A DNA stretch of 64,000 nucleotides from Chrysomallon squamiferum (Eukaryota > Animalia > Mollusca), in the NCBI GenBank assembly GCA_012295275.1, contig CM022676.1:9672001-9736000 (forward strand), in the 5' to 3' direction. Below are positions 55,201 through 64,000 of this stretch, piece by piece (within the stretch, counting starts at the first letter, position 1; every line of letters starts with the position of its first letter). The notes beneath the pieces are model-generated. The model was not told where the DNA came from. It saw only the letters and a list, made by a program, of their open reading frames with translations, and searched no databases. The translations under genes were made by a program, and so were the position numbers.

Positions 55201-58200
55201 GCTAGGTTGATAGTGGCAGCTGAAGAAGCTTTCACGCACATCAAGAGAATGCATGATGAACACGGTTTGTACAGAAATATGCTTGTTTAGATTGTTTGAT
55301 TGTAAATACAGTTAAAATTGTTACGATACAGGGACGTTTTTTTGAAGAATTTTTTTAAAACTATTTTTTATTTAATTTAGATTTTTTTTGCGTTTTTTTT
55401 TATTTTTTATTATTAAATACAATATTAGGATAAAGGAATATATTTTATAAGTATATTTTTTAATATTTTGTTTTTTAATTTTGGTGTTTTTATACGATTA
55501 TTATTATTATTTTTAATAAATACAATATTAGGATACAGGAATATATTTTTATAAGTATTTGTTTTAAATATTTTGTTTTTTAATTTTGGTGTTTTTTTAT
55601 TATTATTTTAATAAATACAATATTAGGATACAGGAATATATTTTTATAAGTATATTTTTGAAATATTTTGGGTTTTTTTGTGTGTTTTTTTTTATTATTA
55701 TTATTATTTAATAAATACAATATTAGGATACAGGAACATATTTTTATAAGTATATTTTTAAATATTTTGTTTTTTAATTTTGGTGTTTTTTTATTATTTT
55801 TAATAAATAAAATATTAGGATACAGGAACATTTTATAAGTATTTTTTTAAATATTTTGTTTTTTAATTTGGTGGGTTTTTTTTTATTATTTTTTAATAAA
55901 TACAATGTTAGGATACAGAAATATATTTTTATAAGTATATTTTTTTAATCTTTTGTTTTTTAATTTGGGTGTTTTTTTATTATTATTTTTTAATAAATAC
56001 AATATTAGGATACAGGAATATATTTTTATAAGTATATTTTGTTTAAATATTTTTGTTTTTTAATTTTGATGTTTTTTTTATTATTATTTTTTAATAAATA
56101 AGGTGATACAGGAATATATTTTTATAAGTTGTATTTTTTATATATTTTTTTATTATATTTAGGTGGGCGGATTTTTATTTTTTTGTTTTTTTTATTAAAT
56201 ACAATATTAGGGTATAATACTGGAACATATTTAAATACAAGGTACATGATAATATGTTACAAGTATTCAATATCCAATCGAATGTACAGTGAACATGATT
56301 TGTACAGAAATAAGGTTTGTTAATTCGTGTATTTAGAAATACATGATCACAGTATAAACACATAATTTGTAAGCATTATATTGTAGAATGCACATACAAC
56401 ATGATTTGTAAAAAATAAGAATTGTTAGATTATCTAGCATGCTGAACTTGATTTATTTGGAAATTTAATTCTTTAAATTTTAGATTGTGTATTTACAGGG
56501 TTAATACATTAAGACATAGTTTATAATTATTTCTAATGTGAAGCCCAAATAACATGATTTGTATGGTTTGTTTAATTTATAAACACAAAAAAAAATGGCA
56601 TAAGAAATAAATTTGGGGATGACTTATTTGGAGTAAAAGCATAATCATAAGATGTATAAAATATAGATTATTGAGACTGTTTTAAAATATTAGGTATAAG
56701 AATGTAAGTTTGAGGACTTTATTTGCAGTAAAAGCTTTATAAACATGATAAATACAAAAATAGGATTTAGTTACTTTAGATTATGCTTTTATAAATACAA
56801 GTTCAGGATATAGGAACTTATTTTTCAGGTCTTTATTTGGAGTAAATGATAATATTACTAATACTATTATTATTATTATTATAAATTTCATGTTTGTGAA
56901 ACCAAGATATAGAGATATAATTCATGATTATATATTAATAATTGAGATTCTCAGCTTTCTACAAATATGTGGAGTTTTCTTTAAATACACCAATTTTAAA
57001 ATTAAAGTAACTAGATGCAGTGAAATCAAAGGATTTCAGTTCTGAATGTTGTGGAAACTAATAAAACATTTCAAATACTCACTGTACCTTCTTTGATTGA
57101 GTTGTGAGCAAAACATCCAAAACTGTTCGATTAGAAAGCAAGGGAGGTAACCAAGATGAACCATGAAAAAATGAAATGATATAAATGTTTTGATCCGAAG
57201 AAGGTCCACTAAGTATTTGAAACATTTTATTTATATTTTACTAACATTTTGTAGAAGATACCAGTCTGTTTAATTGGAAGAATATCCTGTTTCATTTCTT
57301 GGATCTGTTTTAAAAATCTACATACTCTTTGAGACCTATAATCATTAATAATTAAGTTTGTTAACAATCACTCATTCATAGCAGTATAAACAGTTTTTCT
57401 TGTTCAGTCAGCTAATATTCTGTCACAAACAACTGACATGGGTACATTTCCAGTCTGTTTTGGACTAGAAAACATTAAAAAAATCCATTTGTTAGTCATA
57501 TTATTTCAAAGCATATTAATCTTTTCCTTACAGCTTTGTAGTATCGGGGGGGGGGTGTGTGTAGTTTTTTATTGGTTTTTTTATATGCAATAAGCAGCCT
57601 AATAAAATATCTATATTAAATAACCTTATGATTTTACACATATTTAAAACCCCAAATATTTTAACAAAACACTTTGATGTGGCTTTAAATTTTCTAGTTT
57701 CTTTTCCGTAGTCTAACAAAATATTATCTGTTTTACATAACCATATAGTATTTATTTAAAAATCTTGTTTGTTAATATTACCGTCCCCAATACATTTTGG
57801 TTACAACTTCATTTTTGCTAGTTTTTATTCCAACATAATGTACTGTTACCTTTATTACATAATCATAAAACATATTCAAAAACTCACTCAGTAATATATT
57901 TTTGCTCAGTATACTTTGGTTATGGCTTTGTTTGCTAGTCTGAATTCTGTTCTGTATAATGCAATGTAATAATGACCCATAAATCTCATTTTCTATAAGA
58001 GCACTCAGTGTTTGCAGTAAGAACCGAAATATTTCAATTTTCATTCTGAAATTTCTAGTACAGTAGCACTGCACATGGACACTCAGTCTTAATAGTATAA
58101 GTGTGCACCTCAGGTAACGCGTTTTCTCAGTCTGAATAGTTCATTGCACTTATTGTTGCTACTTAAGTTTTTTTTTTTTGTGTGTGTGTGTGTGTGTGAG

Positions 58201-59240
58201 TATATTAACACACATGTATTATATGATTATTATTATTATTATTAATCTGACTATTGCTATTCTTGTTACTAGAGATGTACATAAAATAATCCAAACTTGT
58301 GTCAACATGTATGTCTGTATAAACACATGTTGTTGTTATCATCATTACTGTTATTGTTATTATTATTATTACTAATATTATTGTTGTTTTATTATTATTA
58401 TTATTGTTGGTATTATTATAATTATTATTTTTGTTATTATCTGTTATTATTATTTGTTATTTGTTATTATTGGTATTATTATTATTTGTTATTAATGGTA
58501 TTATTATTATTATCATTATATTATTATTTTTGGTATTATTATTATTACTATTTGTTATTATTATTTATATTATTGTTATAATTATTATTATTATTATTGG
58601 TATTATTATTGTTATTGGTATTATTATTTATTATTATTTGTTATTGTTATTTGTTATTATTACTATTGTTATTATTGTTATTGTTATTATTGATATTATT
58701 ATTTGTTGTTATTATTATTTGTTATTGTTATTATTTGTTATTGCTATTGTTATTATTGTTATTATTATTATTGTTGTTATTATTATTATTGTTATTGTTG
58801 TTATTTTCAGGTGCTGCAATTCCCATGGACCCACAGGAGGCAGCACAAGCTGTGTTTCCCTCGATGGCGCGAGCCCTGCAGAAGTATCTGCGCATCACCC
58901 GACAGCAGCCGCGGTACAAGATCGAAACGGTGCTGGCACACCTCGCCAACTGCATCGCCCACGATATGAGCCCCCAGTCGTTCATCCAGCGCTACCTCAC
59001 GCAGGGGGCCGTCATCCTCAACGACAAGGACTACAGCTCCGTGGCGCGCTGGGTCCTCGTGTGCGACCAGCTGCTGACGCGCGAGATAGAACACGGCTGG
59101 TTCTTCCAGCTGCGTCACGGTGCGACGTGTCGCTGATGTGTTCCGTCCGGCGAATTCCTCATTTCAGTCTGACGGAAGAGGTGATTGATCCGAAGAACAA
59201 TAAGTTTGTGCTGAGGCTGAATTCAGAAACATCCGTTTAG
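52298..59240 (+). CDS. VANGL: Van Gogh-like / strabismus planar cell polarity protein, 3 coding exons; 2-nt frameshift near 59121 in the last exon
   Basis: Exons 52298-52537, 54265-55264, 58811-59240 (GT-AG, phases 0 and 1). Motifs [109 protein letters not shown] and terminal [12 protein letters not shown]. About 555 aa once the frameshift is repaired. Confidence 0.97.
52935..53155. repeat. ~115 bp tandem duplication
   Basis: TGGCAGTCA...TTTATTATTAGCAAAGGTT...CAAAAGAAAATAA.ATTAAAGTATATAA occurs twice. Confidence 0.8.
55405..56235. repeat. ~98 bp AT-rich minisatellite, 8-9 copies, in Vangl intron 2
   Basis: AATAAATACAATATTAGGATACAGGAATATATTTTTATAAGTAT repeated at ~100 bp spacing. Confidence 0.95.
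58330..58803. repeat. (ATT/GTT)n tract running up to the Vangl last-exon acceptor
   Basis: Directly visible; inflates the ORFs starting at 58431 and 58597. Confidence 0.95.
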
Positions 59241-59297
59241 TGTGAAAAAATGTTTTTTTTTTTTGTTTGTAGCAGATCTCAAAAAAAAAAAATTATA

Positions 59298-59345
<48 letters not shown>

Positions 59346-60394
59346 TATATATGCAATGGCAGCGGAAATGTCAGTTAATAATGTCACAAAGAAAGCCAAA
59401 TGAAAGAATTTTTTATTTTATTTTATTTTTTTTTTGTTTTTTTCGTTTTTCTTTCTCTCAGCTTTGAAAAAAGTTTGATTGGAAACCACAGATTATTTTC
59501 CCACTTGTATGATTGGTGGATTGATAGCTGTGAGCTAAACTGTGTTGTTAAATTTCATTGGCTGAAACTGTGTTGTTAAATTTCATTGGCTGAAACTCTG
59601 AAGTGTAATTCTCCACAGATCTTATCTTAATTGTGATTGGAACATTCGTGCCATGATTAGATGATTTCATTGGCTAATACTGAAAAAGGAACAAACCATA
59701 AAACTGATCTGTATTGGCTGTTTAATGATTTGTAGAAGTGATTGATTCTGATTGATTGATATTTAAATTGTCAAAGTCAATGACCTTTTCATTGGAATGA
59801 CATTTTAGAAAGCAAGGTAAATAATTGTTTTTCAAATGTTGTGAGTTTTTCATTTGTTTTCAGACTTACAAATCCTCAAGTTTTAAAAATATTTATAAAT
59901 GAATGTATTTTCTCATTGGATAAAGTGCAAATTACACTTTATCAGTGGCTGTTTGTGATTCATGTAATTTCTAATTATTATTATTATTATTATTATTATT
60001 TTATATATTTCTTTTAATGTGAAAAATTAAAAATTCTTTGCTTTTTTTCTTCTTTCCTTGAGAAAAGGCAATGTTTCGTTTATTTTTTTTATTTTTTTAC
60101 CTCAACAAGAAGTGATATGAAAATTTAAACTTTAAATATTCCAAGTTGTGAAATTAATTTTGAAAAATTATCTCTAAATTACTATTTCCAGCATAATACC
60201 AAATAAATTATCTAATAAGAAAACCAAATAAGAAATACAATGGGATCCTGACCTATTGTATCTAGATATCCAAATGTAATTTAAACAGATATATTTTTTC
60301 TCGATTATCAAAGGTTAGTAAAATAATATTTAAAATAAGATATTTTTATTTTTTTAAAATATTTTCTATTAATTGATGTCAGTGCCTCTTTGCT

Positions 60395-60407
60395 GTTATT
60401 GTTGTTG

Positions 60408-60483
<76 letters not shown>
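60395..60483. repeat. (TAT)n microsatellite
   Basis: Pure triplet run downstream of the Vangl stop. Confidence 0.95.
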
Positions 60484-60484
<1 letters not shown>

Positions 60485-63400
60485 GTTATTTCATCTATAT
60501 TTACTTTAAAAAAAAATGTACTTCTTTAAACAGTAAGTTACATTTTTTACTCTCACCTCATCAATACAATTTATTTTTTTTCTTTCAGGTAATTTCACAC
60601 ACCTGTTTAACTGTAAATTGAGTGTATAATTACATTTATCATTGTGTTGCTTAAATGAAACTGTATTTTGAGTGTGGATGTGGCTGTGTTTGTGAGAGAG
60701 AATGCATGTATGTCTGTCTGTATATGTGTGTGTATGTCTGTACATGTATTAGCTTTTAAATGATTGTTTTATTATGTTTATCATCATTATGTTGCTTAAA
60801 GAAAAGTCTATTTTAAGTGAGAAAGAGTTTTGTGTGTGTGTGTCTGTTCATGTGAGAGTCTGTTTTTTGTCTGATGGTCTGTACATTATTTGCAAAAATA
60901 TACTGTTTTTACATTTCAGATTCTATATGTATATTTCTTTCACTTTGTATATGTAGATAACATTTTCTGGTTTCGTATCTGTTATTTCTATATCAGTTGT
61001 TTTATATCATCCACAAATACACACATATTTAAAATATTCTGATGAAAAGTTGAGCAGGAGTTTAAAAATTGAAATAAATTATTATTCATAAATATAATAA
61101 CAAAGTATTTATACTGACAGCTAGTCTTATTTATGTTAAATGTGTTTGAAATATAATACTCAGATTTAGATCAAAATTGTACTTCCTGAGGTTATTAATT
61201 TATGTAAAACATGGTTTCAGAATTTTTTTAATTAATTTTTTTATATGTAATACCCTGTTTTAAAATATGTCAAAAAAGTTGTATTAATAGAGTTTCATTT
61301 TTATTTAAACTTTTGTTTTGAAAATAATAAAATTTAAATACATCAAGGTTCAGTTTTGACATTATTTGAAACTTTGTAACAAAATGTTATACTTTTAGAT
61401 AAAAAAAATTAATGTTTCATGAATTAATAAAATAATAATAAATATAAAGAAATGTTTATAAATTTTCTGATAGTAAAAATAAAAATAATATAAAAAAAGT
61501 GGTGATTATTTAAAATATTTAAAATGTTTTAAAGTTAAGATTTCATGATATAAAGGTTTAAAAATACTTTTAAATTAGTTAAAATAATAACAATAATAAT
61601 AATAATAATAAAAAATGTATGAGAAATTATTTTAAATGTTTACTGAATGGTATCTTCATCATATCCACATTGTCATTTTGATTTCTTTTAAAACTCATTT
61701 TTATTTTCCATTTTTCTCCACTCATCCTACTCCATAATATGTAGCCTTGATATCTGGGGTTTATTTTTAATTTTAATGTTATTATTCTTTAATTAAACCT
61801 GCAAATAATCCATTATCATTTACATAAAAAAAATTCAATTACTCTTGATAATTTTGTCAGACATAGATACATCAAAGTAGAGTTTCCCACCACAACAACA
61901 ACTTCAGCACACAGTGTGACTGTAACTGCGTGCGACGTTGTAACAGATGGTGTTTTGTACATGCATATCTGTCCATTTTATCAAATAGAGTAATAGGTTT
62001 TGAGACTTTACGCTTCGATAAATTCAGAATATTGAACTAAAATGGTTGGCACATTGAAAGTAGTTTCTGTCATTTAAATAATGCGAAAATAAATTTTAAA
62101 ACGAATCTTTTATTTATTTATTTATTTATTTATTATTGTTTTTTAATTTGTAATTTAAATATAAAACAAATCTCATAATGAAAAAGCTGAATTTCTCTTA
62201 AGTAGAAAGCCTGATGATTTTAATATTATTAAATTTTTTAATTTTATTATTTTATAATCTTTATTTATTTATTTTGTTTGTTTTAAATAAGCAAAATTAT
62301 TCAGTAGTTAATAGTTTTTAAAAGTTCAAACACTGCCAATACTTCAGTTTTTTTTATTTTTTTATTTTATTAATATTTCATTTTCTTATTTTTTTTTTTT
62401 TTTTTTTTATCTTTCTCTTCTGTTATTTTTTGTTTTTTTTATTTATTTATTATTATGTGGGCTATTTTGTGATGTTTACTAAGGTGTTTTGAAAATATAG
62501 ACATGAAAAAAAGAATAAAATGCAGTTGTCTGCTTAAGGAACTCTTCAGTTGAAAAAGTCAGACAGTTAACCTTGTTAGAAAGCTCTATAAAAATAAAAA
62601 TTATTTAAGAAGTTTTATTTTAATTTTTTATTTTTTATTTGTTTTTTTTTTATGTTTCATCTCTGAACTACAACAAAATGATATTAAAGTGAAAAAAAAA
62701 TATATAAAAAAACACAAAAAACAACCAAGGTTATTTTGAAGGATAAAGTGAAGATGTTTTCAGTAGTGTAAAAATAGATACTAATGATTTTGTTCCTTTA
62801 TAACACTGAAATAAAAATGTCTGACATTTTCTAGGTTGTAAGAGAATTGGTATTTTGATAAATAAGATTAATTTACTTCATTTTGTTAAAAGCTATTATT
62901 AATGTATGGTTGGCTTTAGTTCTAAATTACGTTTTGTAATTTTATATATATATATATATACATATATATACTTTCTTTTCTGGGTTTTTGGGAGGTTTTT
63001 TGGTAGCAATAATAATAATAATAATAATGCATTTAAGAAATCTATTTAGAATTACATAGTTTAAGTAGAAAAAAAAAATTGTTGAATTTTAAATGATAAC
63101 GTTCATAGAATTGTTCGAATCAATCATACTAAAAAATATTGATTTAAAAGAAAAGAAAATTAAATAAAAATTAAATTTTGTTACACCAGCTAGAAATATA
63201 ACATAGCTTCATATCAAAGAATTGTGTGAAATGTTTGAACTGTTACATATAGATCTGAAATCCTTTTACCTAGCTGTGATAAGACCAATGATTTTGAAGT
63301 CCATAAGAAGCAGTTTTAAAATGTATTTAAGTAACTAACTGAAGTCAGTTTTAATATTTAAGAAAACCCATATTGCTGGCACCAGATAATTATTAACAGC

Positions 63401-64000
63401 ACTGTAGATGTTTTTAAATATTCAAATAAAATCTTTACTTTAAATATTTTTTTTATATACTTTTTTAAAATTATTATTATATTTAGTTTTTAAATGTAAT
63501 AAAGTGGTTAATTATCTTTGACATAATTAAGTGGCAGTCTTAATATTTACCAAACTGTAGGCAGCTGATCATTATTAAAATATACTGAGGGGTGATTAAG
63601 GAATATTTAAACTTCAATGTGTGATGCTATAAGAACAAAAATGTAATATTAAAATAATTAAAACCACATAGATACATAACAACCACTGATTTTTTTTTTT
63701 GAATTCTGATGGTTTCAATAAACAATTCATTCATTTTATTACCAAGTTTTATTGTTCCTGTTGAACAAAAATCAATGCACAGTTGGAAGATTTTGTTTTC
63801 CTCTGTAAAATGGGTATATAAAAGAAAATGTCAGTGTTAATCATGATAAAAACTGATGTCCTGACAAATTATATTAACAGCAAAATGTTGTTTTATTTTT
63901 ATTAATAGGACAATTTAATAAGTGATTGATAACCTGTTGTAAAGGACTTACCGTCATGCTTTATTTTTAGCAAAGTTTGGTATTAAAAGTTTTTGTTTTT

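Noticed and set aside
59100-59140. Programmed -1 ribosomal frameshift in Vangl
   Set aside because: No X XXY YYZ slippery site is visible; a 2-nt consensus error is the simpler explanation.

Overview
AT-rich, microsatellite-dense animal genomic DNA, not prokaryotic. The RTE-LINE type and gene style suggest a lophotrochozoan, probably a mollusc (inference). Almost all entries in the supplied ORF track are simple-repeat noise. Three intron-containing genes can be rebuilt by hand. (1) A complete 9-exon SLC5A7/CHT1-like sodium:solute symporter (+, 3488-11561, 540 aa) whose choline-binding aromatic cage is largely replaced. (2) A convergent 10-exon Fe(II)/2-oxoglutarate dioxygenase of the PhyH superfamily (-, 18936-12999), mostly missed by the ORF track. 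Its exon carrying the distal iron-binding His is present only as three damaged copies, one interleaved with an inverted copy of SLC5A7 intron 3. (3) Van Gogh-like/strabismus (+, 52298-59240), with a 2-nt frameshift that disconnects the C-terminal ETSV PDZ-binding motif and probably a ~30 kb 5' region of non-coding exons. Also present: an RTE retrotransposon fragment whose interior has been amplified into a dimeric minisatellite, many 27-125 bp minisatellites, clusters of RFX X-box-like palindromes, and the probable first exon of a fourth gene running off the left edge. Several of the anomalies may be assembly or consensus errors and need read-level checks.
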